Shown: piece after piece, positions 48,175 to 57,144 of the stretch | How positions within the stretch are numbered: the first letter of the stretch is position 1 | Layout of the letters: each line of letters opens with the position of its first letter | Assembly: GCA_038230375.1 (NCBI GenBank) | Contig: JBBRNJ010000003.1 | Coordinates: forward strand, 157,926-221,925 | Origin: Polyangiales bacterium | GTDB lineage: Bacteria > Myxococcota_A > Polyangia > Polyangiales > Polyangiaceae | Length of the DNA stretch: 64,000 nucleotides | Reading direction: 5' to 3' | Position numbers and translations under genes: made by a program | Notes under the pieces: model-generated | The model's database searches: none | Told to the model about the DNA's origin: nothing | Seen by the model: the letters and a program-made list of their open reading frames with translations, nothing else

Positions 48175-49929
48175 TCAGCCCGACTTTACGACGATCTCGC
48201 CCTTCTTGTCTCGCCCTTTGCCACCCTTGCCACCACTCTCCGCCGAGCCCGAATCGGCCTTGGCGGTCTTGGTGGGCGTGGCACCGCGGGGCGCGATCTT
48301 CTCGATGATCATCTGCTGCGTGATGTTCAGGATGCTGTTCGTCATCATGTAGACGCCCAGCGCCGCCGGCAGGAAGAGCATCATGACCGTGAAGATGATC
48401 GGCATCATCCACGTCATCATCTTCTGCTGCATGGGATCCATGCCCGGCTGTTGCGGCATGATGCGCTGCTGCACGATCATGAGCGCGCCAAGGACGATCG
48501 GCAGGATGTAGAAGCGGTCCGGCAGCGACAGGTCCGTGAACCACAAGAAGTGTGTATGGTACATGGGTACCGCGGTCTGCAACGTGGTGTACATGGCGAA
48601 CCAGACGGGCATCTGCACCATCTGCGGCAAGCAGCCGCCGAACGGCGACACACCGTGCTTCTTCCAGAGCTCCATCATGGCCAGGTTCTTGGCCTGCATG
48701 TCGTCCTTGAAGCGCGCGTTGATGATGTCGATCTCCGGGCGGAGCTTTCGCATCTCGACGCTGCTCTTGATGGACTTGAACGTGAGCGGGAAGAGCACCA
48801 GCTTCAGGCACAACGTCATCACGATGATCGAGATGCCCCAGTTGCCGATGATGCCGTGGATGTACTCCAGCACGCCGGTGAGGAACTTCGCGACGGGCGA
48901 GAAGAAGCCCAGGTTCACGGTGTCCGAGAGCTTCGGCGCGCCGCCGCCCGCCTGGTCCATCACCAGGCGTTCCTTGGGTCCGAAGAACGCGAGCTGCTTG
49001 TAGGTGACGGACTGGCCCGCGGGGAGCTCACGCGGCGTGTACGCAAGGCGCGCGTGGTAGACCATGGGCGCCTGGTCGTCGTCCTTTGCCTGGCCCTGCG
49101 CGAGCCAGTCCTCTGCGAGCAGCGCGCACGTGGGCGCCTCGCCGATCGGCATGAGCGCCTGCGTGAAGTACGACGTGTTGAGCGATGCGTAGCGATCCGT
49201 GCTGGGCTGGTTCACCCAGCCGGTGCCGAAGTCGTCCTTCGACTTGCGCACGACCTCTTTGCCGGCGGCGCACGAGAGCTCCGTCATGAACGGCTTCGCG
49301 CGGCCCATGCTGCCCTTCACTTCGTCGAGGATGCGCCAGGCGAAGACCTCCGTCGCGAACGCGTGCTTCTTCGGCGCCGCGGACACGTTCTGCACGGTCG
49401 TCTCGACGCTGAGCTCGAACGGGCGCTCCCCCGCGGCCACGATCTTCGTGATCGACACGTCCGCGTCGCTGTACTTGAAGGTGCACGCCTTGCCGTCGGC
49501 CGCGCGCTCCAGCGTCCAGTCGAAGCGGTCGTATTTCAGCTGATCGTTCGCGCCATCTGCGCGGAACGACGTGCGCAGGTTGCGCCATCGCTCGATGGCG
49601 GGCGTGGTCGACATGTCGAACCCGTCCGTGCCCGCGTACTGCGGATCGTGCAGCATGAAGTGCGTGATGGCAGCGCCGCGCGTGGACAGCTCCGCCACGA
49701 ACCGGTTGCCGGCGATCTTGCAGAGCTCGCCCTCTTTTGGGTCGTTCGGTTGATCGCCCACTGGGGGATCCACCCGATCCGGCACGAAGCCCGGCGCGTT
49801 CGCGAAGACCTCTTGCGGCAGCTGCGGCCCCGCGTCCTTCTTGCCGGAGATGAGCGGCATTCCGAACTTCCAGAAGAGGAGGATCGCGGCGGCAATGACC
49901 ACCCAGCGCAGGAGCGTATTTCTGTCCAT
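48175..49929 (-). CDS. yidC: Membrane protein insertase YidC
   Basis: F.GPK, GNWG.SII..T, GCLP...QMP, FLW.TDLS.PD..YILP, PAAL.VY. Confidence 0.97.
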   Translation of the reverse strand: MDRNTLLRWVVIAAAILLFWKFGMPLISGKKDAGPQLPQEVFANAPGFVPDRVDPPVGDQPNDPKEGELCKIAGNRFVAELSTRGAAITHFMLHDPQYAGTDGFDMSTTPAIERWRNLRTSFRADGANDQLKYDRFDWTLERAADGKACTFKYSDADVSITKIVAAGERPFELSVETTVQNVSAAPKKHAFATEVFAWRILDEVKGSMGRAKPFMTELSCAAGKEVVRKSKDDFGTGWVNQPSTDRYASLNTSYFTQALMPIGEAPTCALLAEDWLAQGQAKDDDQAPMVYHARLAYTPRELPAGQSVTYKQLAFFGPKERLVMDQAGGGAPKLSDTVNLGFFSPVAKFLTGVLEYIHGIIGNWGISIIVMTLCLKLVLFPLTFKSIKSSVEMRKLRPEIDIINARFKDDMQAKNLAMMELWKKHGVSPFGGCLPQMVQMPVWFAMYTTLQTAVPMYHTHFLWFTDLSLPDRFYILPIVLGALMIVQQRIMPQQPGMDPMQQKMMTWMMPIIFTVMMLFLPAALGVYMMTNSILNITQQMIIEKIAPRGATPTKTAKADSGSAESGGKGGKGRDKKGEIVVKSG

Positions 49930-49935
49930 GTGCGT

Positions 49936-50229
49936 TTACGGATTCTCTTGCGAAAGGACGGGTGCAGAGCGAGACGAAGAAGGAGAGGAAGAGCCAGCCG
50001 AAGCGGCGTCTCTAGGCGGCGGCGGAGGATCGAAGCCGCCCGGGTGAAACGGGTGGCACTTACACAGCCGTACGACCGAAAGCAAGCTACCCCGGAGCGC
50101 CCCGTGGGTGCCCAGGCATGCGACTGCGTAGCGCGAGCAAGAGGGCTCGAAGCGACACGCGGGAGGCAGGAGTGGCGAGAGGAGCCGCTGGTAGATGCGG
50201 ATCATGGCGATGAAGAGACGGGCAACCAT
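49936..50229 (-). CDS. yidD: Membrane protein insertion efficiency factor YidD
   Basis: YQR.LSP....CRFEPSCS.YA...HG...G......R..KCHPFHPGGFDP. Confidence 0.95.
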   Translation of the reverse strand: MVARLFIAMIRIYQRLLSPLLPPACRFEPSCSRYAVACLGTHGALRGSLLSVVRLCKCHPFHPGGFDPPPPPRDAASAGSSSPSSSRSAPVLSQENP

Positions 50230-50282
50230 GGGCGACGATTGGCGCCAACATGAGCCCTCGCTGGCGGCTGCGCCACTCGATT

Positions 50283-50669
50283 TCACTGCTTTGGTGCGGT
50301 TTGGGCGCGGAACAGCTCTTCGGCTTTTCGCTGAATATTCCCGCGTGCGCGCGACCACTCAGCCTGGACGTCGGCCAAGCGCAACGACTCCGCGCCGTTG
50401 CGTGCAATCACCACCGCGTCGATGCCTTTTGGCAAGAAGCCCGGCGTCAGCCGAAAGGTCTCGCGCAGAACCCGCTTCACGCGATTGCGTACGACCGCAG
50501 TGCCGATCTTCTTCGACACCACGAACCCGATACGCGGCGCAGCTTCGCGACCAAGCGGGCTCGGGTCCAGCAGGAACAAAAAATGGGGCGTGCTCGCCCT
50601 TCTGGACGAGCCCTGCACCCTCACGAAGTCTGCACGCCTGCGGAGCCGCTGGCTCTTCAGGAAAAGCAG
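50283..50669 (-). CDS. rnpA: Ribonuclease P protein component
   Basis: RLRRRADF.RV, RIGFVVSKKIG.AV.RNRVKR..RE RNR motif. Start uncertain: CTG at 50669 proposed; first canonical GTG is at 50624. Confidence 0.9.
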   Translation of the reverse strand: MLFLKSQRLRRRADFVRVQGSSRRASTPHFLFLLDPSPLGREAAPRIGFVVSKKIGTAVVRNRVKRVLRETFRLTPGFLPKGIDAVVIARNGAESLRLADVQAEWSRARGNIQRKAEELFRAQTAPKQ

Positions 50670-50698
50670 GCGTCTGCTCGCAGCTGGCTTCCGGTCGG

Positions 50699-50848
50699 CT
50701 ACTTCTTGAACGTCGACACCGTGAGGCGGAGACGGCCCTTGCGGCGACGGTTCGCGAGCACCTTACGGCCGCCCTTGGTCTCCATGCGCGCGCGGAACCC
50801 GTGCGTGCGTTTGCGACGGAGGTTGTGCGGTTGGTAAGTGCGTTTCAT
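50699..50848 (-). CDS. rpmH: 50S ribosomal protein L34
   Basis: Translated by hand: [56 protein letters not shown]. Confidence 0.98.
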   Translation of the reverse strand: MKRTYQPHNLRRKRTHGFRARMETKGGRKVLANRRRKGRLRLTVSTFKK

Positions 50849-51067
50849 GGCGAAAATCCTCTAGAGCGTACGGAGCCTTTGGGGTCGCCCGACTCATGGG
50901 CGCGTTTTTCAACGGGCCGCGGATAAAAGCAGACGAGTCCTGACCCGTCAAGGCCGAAAGGGTTCGGACCCTTCTGTAGACCTTTGCGAACCGTTTTTGT
51001 GTATCGTCCAGGACTTCGGATGAGCAGACTTCCAATGGGCTTTGGTCAGCAACCTGGGCGGGCGTCG

Positions 51068-52825
51068 ATGCGTGGAACCAAGAAGGTCGTTTTCTCCGCG
51101 ATCGCAGGGATTTGTGGGGCCGCCGCGCTCTGCGCCGCGCCTCGGGATGCTCACGCGCAGCAGCACACGTTCAAGCTCGATCGGCTCGAGATGCCGGGCG
51201 CCCCGGACGACGGGCTCGTGCTCTTTCGCCCGGTCACCAATCAGCGCACCATCGTGTACGGGCAGCTGGGCATGGGCTACCAGTTCGACCCGCTCCACAC
51301 GAAGAACATCACCTCGGATCCAGACACGCTGAAGCGCTCGGGTCCCGCCGTGATCGAGCACCAGCTGTCCGTCTACGCGAACGCCGGCTTCGAGCTCTTC
51401 GATCGCTTCATCGTTGGCGTCGCGTTCCCGTTCGCGCCGTTCCAGAGCGGCAAGAACCCCGACTACGGCTCCACCACGCTTCTCGGCTCCACCAAGACCA
51501 CCACCGTGTCCACCGATGGCGCGAACGCGGGTGACGTTCGCCTCGACGCGCGCGGCACCGCGTGGCGCTCGCCCGATCGTCAGACGTCCGTCGGCGGCAT
51601 GCTCAGCCTCATCGTGCCGGCCGGCTCGCAGAACAACTTCGGTGGCGACGGCGACACCAGCGGACTCATCATGGTCACGGGCGAGCGTACGTTCAAGTAC
51701 GTGACCGTCGTGGCCAACACCGGCGTGATGCTGCGCCCTCACAACTCGATCAACGATCCGGTCGTGAAGTCGGGCCTTGGCATCGGCGACGAGTGGCGCT
51801 GGGCCGTCGGCGCTTTCGTTCCGTTCAAGGATGGCAAGTACCGCCTTGGCGCGACCGTCTTCGGTCAGACCGGCATCGAGAACGACACCAAGAACGCGGG
51901 CCCGATCATCGGCAACACCGCGTTCACCAGCCGTAACAGCCCCATCGAATACGACATCGAAGGGCGCATGAAGTTCGGCTCCGGCGACAAGTACTGGGCG
52001 GGCGTGTCCGCTGGCTCGCTCATCAACGACGGCTACGGCGCGCCCTGGCTGCGCATCACCGCGCTCGTCGGCATCTACCAGCCCATCCTCGATTCCGAGG
52101 CCCTGTCACCGAAGGCGGCCCTGCGCGCGAAGTGGAAGAACGAGCAGAAGGTCGGCGACCGCGACAACGACGGCATCCCGGATGACGTGGACGCGTGCCC
52201 CGACGTGCCCGAGGATCACCTTGGCAACGATCCCTCGGACGGCTGCCCGATCCCGGCGGACCGCGACGGCGACGGCATCCCCGACGTTGCGGACAAGTGC
52301 CCCGACAAGCCCGAGGACAAGGACGGCGTCGACGACGAGGACGGCTGCCCCGAGGAAGATCAAGACAAGGACGGCATCAACGACGCGGTCGACGCGTGCC
52401 CGACCGTACCTGGCAAGCCCAACCCCGATCCGAAGAAGAACGGCTGCCCGCTCGTCACGATCGACGACAACCAGATCCGCATCCTGGATCAGATCCACTT
52501 CGGGTTCGGCTCGGCGACGATCCTCCCGGACAGCTTCCCCACCATGCAGGCCGTCGCGAACGTCCTGAACCAGTACCCCGGCATCCACAAGATGGTCATC
52601 GAGGGACACACGGACAACCGCGGCGCCGCGGCGCTCAACAAGCAGCTCTCGCAGCAACGCGCGAACTCCGTCATGAAGTGGCTCACCGACCACGGCATCA
52701 AGCCCGATCGTCTCGAGGCCCACGGCTACGGCATGGAGAAGCCGGTCACCACGAACGACACGGACGAGGGGCGCGGAATCAACCGTCGCGTCGAGTTCAA
52801 GATCACCGCAGAAGACAAGCCGTAA
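51068..52825 (+). CDS. OmpA-family protein: beta-barrel + thrombospondin type 3 repeats + OmpA_C (TraB-like architecture)
   Basis: Signal AHA-QQ; D.D.DGIPD..D.CP repeats; IEGHTD.RG....N..LS..RA; NRRVEF. Confidence 0.9.
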   Translation: MRGTKKVVFSAIAGICGAAALCAAPRDAHAQQHTFKLDRLEMPGAPDDGLVLFRPVTNQRTIVYGQLGMGYQFDPLHTKNITSDPDTLKRSGPAVIEHQLSVYANAGFELFDRFIVGVAFPFAPFQSGKNPDYGSTTLLGSTKTTTVSTDGANAGDVRLDARGTAWRSPDRQTSVGGMLSLIVPAGSQNNFGGDGDTSGLIMVTGERTFKYVTVVANTGVMLRPHNSINDPVVKSGLGIGDEWRWAVGAFVPFKDGKYRLGATVFGQTGIENDTKNAGPIIGNTAFTSRNSPIEYDIEGRMKFGSGDKYWAGVSAGSLINDGYGAPWLRITALVGIYQPILDSEALSPKAALRAKWKNEQKVGDRDNDGIPDDVDACPDVPEDHLGNDPSDGCPIPADRDGDGIPDVADKCPDKPEDKDGVDDEDGCPEEDQDKDGINDAVDACPTVPGKPNPDPKKNGCPLVTIDDNQIRILDQIHFGFGSATILPDSFPTMQAVANVLNQYPGIHKMVIEGHTDNRGAAALNKQLSQQRANSVMKWLTDHGIKPDRLEAHGYGMEKPVTTNDTDEGRGINRRVEFKITAEDKP

Positions 52826-52881
52826 GCGTTTCGTTGCGGCACCTTGCTGCTGGGATATGGGCTGGGATACGTTGGTGGAGC

Positions 52882-53298
52882 ATGACGAAGCTCCGCCGAC
52901 GTGCTTCCCGGACCGATGTCCCAGCTTCCAAGGACGGCAAGGTCGGCCGCATCGATCATGTGCCCGCGCTCGACGCGAAGCCCACCCTCTCGGTCGCCAC
53001 CGTTCGCACCGACGACGTGCCCGTGCTCGTTCGCGAGCCGCCTCAGGCAAAGGAGGAGGTCGGTCTCCTGGCGCTCGTGTCCGCGATCGATGGCACGAAG
53101 GACATCAGTGTCCTCGCGAAGGCCTGCCACCTGGAGGTGGAGCAAGTCCGGGCGTTCATCGCAAGCCTCATGAGCAAGGGCTTCGTCACCCTGACGCGCG
53201 CGAAGGCACCGTCGCTGCCCGGCGATCACGAGCCCCAATCCGAGAAGCCAAAGGGCGAGGACTACTGGTTGAAGGGTCTGAAGCCGCGCACGCGCTGA
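52882..53298 (+). CDS. Hypothetical protein with a winged-helix-like segment
   Basis: GGAG RBS + ATG; LVSAIDGTKDISVLAKACHL....V...IASLMSKGFV pattern. Confidence 0.6.
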   Translation: MTKLRRRASRTDVPASKDGKVGRIDHVPALDAKPTLSVATVRTDDVPVLVREPPQAKEEVGLLALVSAIDGTKDISVLAKACHLEVEQVRAFIASLMSKGFVTLTRAKAPSLPGDHEPQSEKPKGEDYWLKGLKPRTR

Positions 53299-53338
53299 TC
53301 CCGCTGAGGCATAAGTGTCGTAGCCTGAGCAGGTGGGG

Positions 53339-53881
53339 ATGACGGATCGCGACATCAACGACGCGATGGATCGATACGCCGTGGGCGACGATTCGGCGTT
53401 CATCTCCATCTACGACGTGCTCTCTCCGCGGCTCTATGCGTTCCTCCGGCGCGGGACCAAGGATGACGCGCTGGCGCAGGATCTGGTGCAGCAGACGTTC
53501 TTGCAGATCCACGGGGCGCGCGAGCGCTACGCGACGGGCCTCGACGTCATCCCGTGGGCGTTCGCGATCGCGCGTCGCCTCCGCATCGACGCGTTCCGCA
53601 AGTCCGGGCGCGAGGTGCATGGCGAGCCGATGGGGCACGTCGCATCGAGCGGACCTTCACCGCACGAGGAGCTGGAGCATCGGCGTGCCGCAGAGGTGCT
53701 TCATCGCGCGCTCACATCGTTGCCGGACGCGCAGCGCGAGACCTACGAGCTGGTGGAGGGCGAAGGGCTGAGCATGGCGCAGGCAGCAGAGGTGCTTGGC
53801 ACCACCGTGATGGCCGTCAAGCTGCGTCTCCATCGCGCGCGCCAGTCGCTGCAGACGGCGGCGCGTCATCTACTCGGGTAG
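53339..53881 (+). CDS. ECF-type RNA polymerase sigma-70 factor
   Basis: AQDLVQQTFL region 2, W.FAIARR..ID..R, LP..QR....L...EGLS...AAE.LG....AVK.RLHRAR region 4. Confidence 0.93.
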   Translation: MTDRDINDAMDRYAVGDDSAFISIYDVLSPRLYAFLRRGTKDDALAQDLVQQTFLQIHGARERYATGLDVIPWAFAIARRLRIDAFRKSGREVHGEPMGHVASSGPSPHEELEHRRAAEVLHRALTSLPDAQRETYELVEGEGLSMAQAAEVLGTTVMAVKLRLHRARQSLQTAARHLLG

Positions 53882-54101
53882 CGATGAGCCGCGTTGATGA
53901 TCCCCTCGCGCGGACCCCCAGCACCTCCAGGCGACTGGCCAGCGTCGTCCTCGCAATGCCGAGCTCTCGCGCCGCATGTGCCACGACACCGCGTGCTTTC
54001 CGCATGGCGTGGGCGATCACCTCGCTCTCCTGCGCATCCAGCTGGACGCGCTGCTCCCTGAGCCGAGCCCACTGCAGAGTCAGCGATTCGTCGTCGGCCA
54101 T
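53817..54101 (-). CDS. Small stand-alone Fis-type HTH protein
   Basis: E.EVI.HAM....G.VAHAARELGIARTTL.SRL..LG HTH_8 motif; GGAG RBS; tail overlaps the sigma 3' end. Confidence 0.7.
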   Translation of the reverse strand: MADDESLTLQWARLREQRVQLDAQESEVIAHAMRKARGVVAHAARELGIARTTLASRLEVLGVRARGSSTRLIATRVDDAPPSAATGARDGDAA

Positions 54102-54123
54102 GGTGTTACGCTCCACCCAGGGA

Positions 54124-54149
54124 CACGGTCGACCGAGGAAAAGGTTTCG
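54124..54149 (-). promoter_or_regulatory. Putative ECF promoter for the Fis-HTH gene
   Basis: Minus strand reads CGAAAC-cttttcctcggtcgac(16)-CGTG. Confidence 0.6.
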
Positions 54150-54213
54150 TTTCTCTCGATTGAATGTGGTCTCAGGGCGCCAGGCGCCAAATTCGCGGTA
54201 GAATGGAGCAAAC

Positions 54214-54239
54214 GGAAACCTTTCCGGATGCTGCACGTA
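54214..54239 (+). promoter_or_regulatory. Putative ECF promoter for the anti-sigma gene
   Basis: GGAAAC-ctttccggatgctgca(16)-CGTA, followed by a GAGGA RBS and the ATG at 54266. Confidence 0.65.
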
Positions 54240-54265
54240 TTCCTTCTCGAGGACCAGAACGGCCC

Positions 54266-54916
54266 ATGAACATCCAGCCCGATCCGGTGAAGGAGCGACT
54301 GCTCTCGGCAATCGCGGCGCGTCCGTCGCGCACGCGTCAGCAGGGGATCAAGCGGGCCTTCCTGTTCTACGGGCTCGCCAGCGCTGCGATGCTGGTGGTC
54401 TTCCAGGCCGCCGGCGGCCTTGCGCACGGAAGCTCACGCCCTTCGGACGTCACGATGCCGCTGGTACTGGGGTCGTCGCTCATCGCTTTCGCTGCGGTGC
54501 GGCTCGCGCTGGGTCGTGGGCGCGCGATGACCGGGCGGTCGTGGGCGGTGCTCGCCGCGGTGGTGGCATTGGTGCCGGTCGTGGCCTTCACATGGCAGAC
54601 GCACTGGTTCGGGTCATACACGGAGCCGTTCCAGCGCTTCGGTTGGCGCTGCATCGCGCTCACCATCGCGACCGGAAGCGCCCTGCTCGGTGCGGTGATC
54701 GCGCTGCGTCGTGGAACGGTCGCCACGAATGAGACTCTGCATGGGGCAGCCGCTGGCGCTGCGGCCGGTGCGTGCGCCACGGTCCTCGTCGACGCATGGT
54801 GCCCGCTCGCGAACACCGCGCACGTCGCGCAGGGACACATTGCACCGCTCGTCGTGCTCACGGTCATCGGTGCGGTCCTTGGTCGCACGTTGCTCCGCAT
54901 TCGCGCACGCGCCTGA
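54266..54916 (+). CDS. NrsF/DUF1109-like multi-TM anti-sigma factor
   Basis: About 6 TM segments; G.RC, GAAAGAAAG, WCP....HV..GH motif; close to the ECF sigma gene. Confidence 0.75.
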   Translation: MNIQPDPVKERLLSAIAARPSRTRQQGIKRAFLFYGLASAAMLVVFQAAGGLAHGSSRPSDVTMPLVLGSSLIAFAAVRLALGRGRAMTGRSWAVLAAVVALVPVVAFTWQTHWFGSYTEPFQRFGWRCIALTIATGSALLGAVIALRRGTVATNETLHGAAAGAAAGACATVLVDAWCPLANTAHVAQGHIAPLVVLTVIGAVLGRTLLRIRARA

Positions 54917-54917
54917 C

Positions 54918-54950
54918 CTTCGCGTGAAGCAAGGCTTCGCGTGAAGCAAG
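54918..54950. repeat. Tandem 16-bp direct repeat, each unit containing a dyad
   Basis: CTTCGCGTGAAGCAAG-G-CTTCGCGTGAAGCAAG. Confidence 0.8.
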
Positions 54951-55176
54951 ATCACCCCAACCTGCGAACGAGTCGCACACGCCAGAGGGCTTGGTGCTCC
55001 TTGGCACTCTGGCGCTCGCCCGTCCCCGCTCTGGGCCACGACCGCCAGCAACGCGCGTTGACAGATCGTCGAGCAACCTGGAGCGCGCACGCCATTGTGT
55101 CGTGCCAGCAGGTGACGCACGTCGTCGCCGCCCGAGAAAAGTAGTGGTTCTCCGCGATCGCGCCACCCGTTTGTTC

Positions 55177-55192
55177 GGGCACGAGCCTTGCT
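55177..55192 (+). promoter_or_regulatory. Putative sigma-54 (-24/-12) promoter
   Basis: GGGCACGAGCCTTGCT versus consensus TGGCACG-N4-TTGCW, with exact GG-N10-GC spacing; 31 nt upstream of the ATG at 55224. Confidence 0.7.
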
Positions 55193-55223
55193 GCTCTGCC
55201 CGCCAAAGGGAGAACCTCTACAT

Positions 55224-55766
55224 ATGCACAATACACGTATCTTGCTGTTCCAGTCCGGAGGCGCGGCGGTCCTCACAGCGCTGCTCGCGGGCTGCACAGT
55301 CGTCTGTCCCGTTCCGCCAGCGTCCGCCCAGGTGGTCACGGCTCCGCCGCCGCATCCGCATCTCGCGGCGAGCGCGCGACACCTCTATCGATTGGACTTC
55401 AACATCACGGGCACGAGTCTGGGTACCGGCGCCGCGCTTGCCGGCGCATACACCATGAACCTGGAAGAGAATCGCAACGGCGAGATCCACTCCGGCATGA
55501 ACGTTCCCATGACACCGGGCAGCAACGCGCGCATGGACGTGGGCGTGAAGATCAAGGCCACCTACGCGCTCGCTGGAGACGAGCTCTTGCTGGACACCGA
55601 CACCGAACTCTCCAGCGTGGACGAACCAAGCGGCGTACACAAGCTGACCGCACGAAGCGAAGCGGCGCTCCTCCCAGGAAAGCCAGCGACAATGATCGCA
55701 AGCATCGACGACCCACAGGGAAAGCAGCGCTACCTGCTAACGGTAGCCGCCACAAAGCTCCGCTAG
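55224..55766 (+). CDS. Small lipoprotein with possible secretin-like beta domain
   Basis: Lipobox LAG-C; G.NVP...DVGVKI.A.......L.L....ELSS pattern; GGGAGA RBS. Confidence 0.6.
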   Translation: MHNTRILLFQSGGAAVLTALLAGCTVVCPVPPASAQVVTAPPPHPHLAASARHLYRLDFNITGTSLGTGAALAGAYTMNLEENRNGEIHSGMNVPMTPGSNARMDVGVKIKATYALAGDELLLDTDTELSSVDEPSGVHKLTARSEAALLPGKPATMIASIDDPQGKQRYLLTVAATKLR

Positions 55767-55889
55767 GAGCCTGCCGCTTTGCAGCCTCCTCGTGCGAGGT
55801 GATGACGATGTTGGCCAATTGATCCTCCAGCGAACCCGCCACAAAGCCCGCTAAGAACCGGCAGTTCGCGCGTTCCCGCGTTCCGCCTT

Positions 55890-57134
55890 CTAGCGTTCGA
55901 TGAAGAGTTCGCAGACCCAGACGGTGCCGTCGTCTCCGGGGATGACGGCGAAGCCCCCTAGCTTCCAGCCTGGGTCGAGGAGGTTCTGGCGGTGCGACGG
56001 GCTGCCGTAGAGCGCGCGATGCGCGTTCACCAGGTTCTCGGCGTGCGCGACGTTCTCGCCCACTCGCCTTGCGGAGATATTTGCATTCTGCACGCGTTCG
56101 TTCGGGTCGCCGTCGGAGAGCGAGTGGCCCACCTGCGCGACCTCCTTCATGCGGAGCGCGTGCGCACGCGCGACCTCCTCCAGCTCGGGATCGCGCTTGA
56201 GCCGCCCGCGGCCCTCGCTGTCGCGCAGCGCATCCACCATCGCGTACAACGCGGCGTTGCCGGTGCGGGGCCCGCCGGCGTCGCTTGCGTGCTCACCAGG
56301 CGCCGCCAGGTTCGGCGTGCGCGACGGCGGCTCCACGTCTGCATAGATGTTCGCCTCGAGCACGGGGCGTGGTCCACTCCCCACGTCCGCCAGCACCTGC
56401 ATCACGAACGCGCCGGGCTCCGACAGCGGGAACCGCGCGCGCACCTTGCCGCCCGACAGCGACGTGGGCACGGTACGCGGCGCGCCGTGCGGCCCCATCA
56501 CGTAGACCTCCGCGCTGGTCGTGGGCACCAGCATGGTCGCGTCGACGGTGACCCAGGAACCCGTGCGACCGCGCGTGGGGATCGGCGAAAGGTCCGCGAC
56601 CGCATCGACGGCGATCGCGGCGATCACCTGCGTGCCGCTCGGAAGCGTGCGCGTGACAAGGCCGCAGCGACGCTCGCCGACGTCACCGAAGCTCGCACGC
56701 CACACCCGCAGCTTGTCCTTCGCGCTCTCTGGGTCCAGCTTGGGCGTGGAGAGGATGAACGCGCGCGGCCACGGGTGCGGCTCACCGGCGACGCGCTCCG
56801 CGAACGACAGCCCATCCAGGTCCAGGTAGGGCAGCCCGCGGGCCTTTCGCTCCATCAGGCGCTCGGCGACGGTGTGCAGGCCGCCCTCCGCCGTGCCGCA
56901 GACGGACTCGAGCTCACGATCGAGCGGCGTTCCTCTGGTCGGGCGCGGCGACGTGGCCTCTGCGGCGAAGCTCCACTGCAGCTCGGTCTGAACTGTCGCG
57001 TGCTCCTCCGCGGACGCGATATGTGTATCATGCACCGATACGCCGACCGAGGCGATCGCACAAAGCCAGATGGGCGCTGCCGCACCGAGCGTCCTTGCGA
57101 CGACGCGAGGGATCACGGAGCGCGGCCACCTCAT
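55890..57134 (-). CDS. CAP (SCP-like) domain exported protein
   Basis: L.RDP.L..VAR.HA..M.....GH...GENVA...SPSHRQNLL...GTVWVCELF. Confidence 0.88.
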   Translation of the reverse strand: MRWPRSVIPRVVARTLGAAAPIWLCAIASVGVSVHDTHIASAEEHATVQTELQWSFAAEATSPRPTRGTPLDRELESVCGTAEGGLHTVAERLMERKARGLPYLDLDGLSFAERVAGEPHPWPRAFILSTPKLDPESAKDKLRVWRASFGDVGERRCGLVTRTLPSGTQVIAAIAVDAVADLSPIPTRGRTGSWVTVDATMLVPTTSAEVYVMGPHGAPRTVPTSLSGGKVRARFPLSEPGAFVMQVLADVGSGPRPVLEANIYADVEPPSRTPNLAAPGEHASDAGGPRTGNAALYAMVDALRDSEGRGRLKRDPELEEVARAHALRMKEVAQVGHSLSDGDPNERVQNANISARRVGENVAHAENLVNAHRALYGSPSHRQNLLDPGWKLGGFAVIPGDDGTVWVCELFIER

Positions 57135-57144
57135 GAGGACGACG

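Noticed and set aside
50849..51067. oriC next to rpmH
   Set aside because: No dnaA and no TTATCCACA-like box cluster seen.
55767..55889. Possible gene remnant on the minus strand (AGSLEDQLANIVITSHEE)
   Set aside because: No recognisable family or RBS, and the ORF runs antisense into a real gene.
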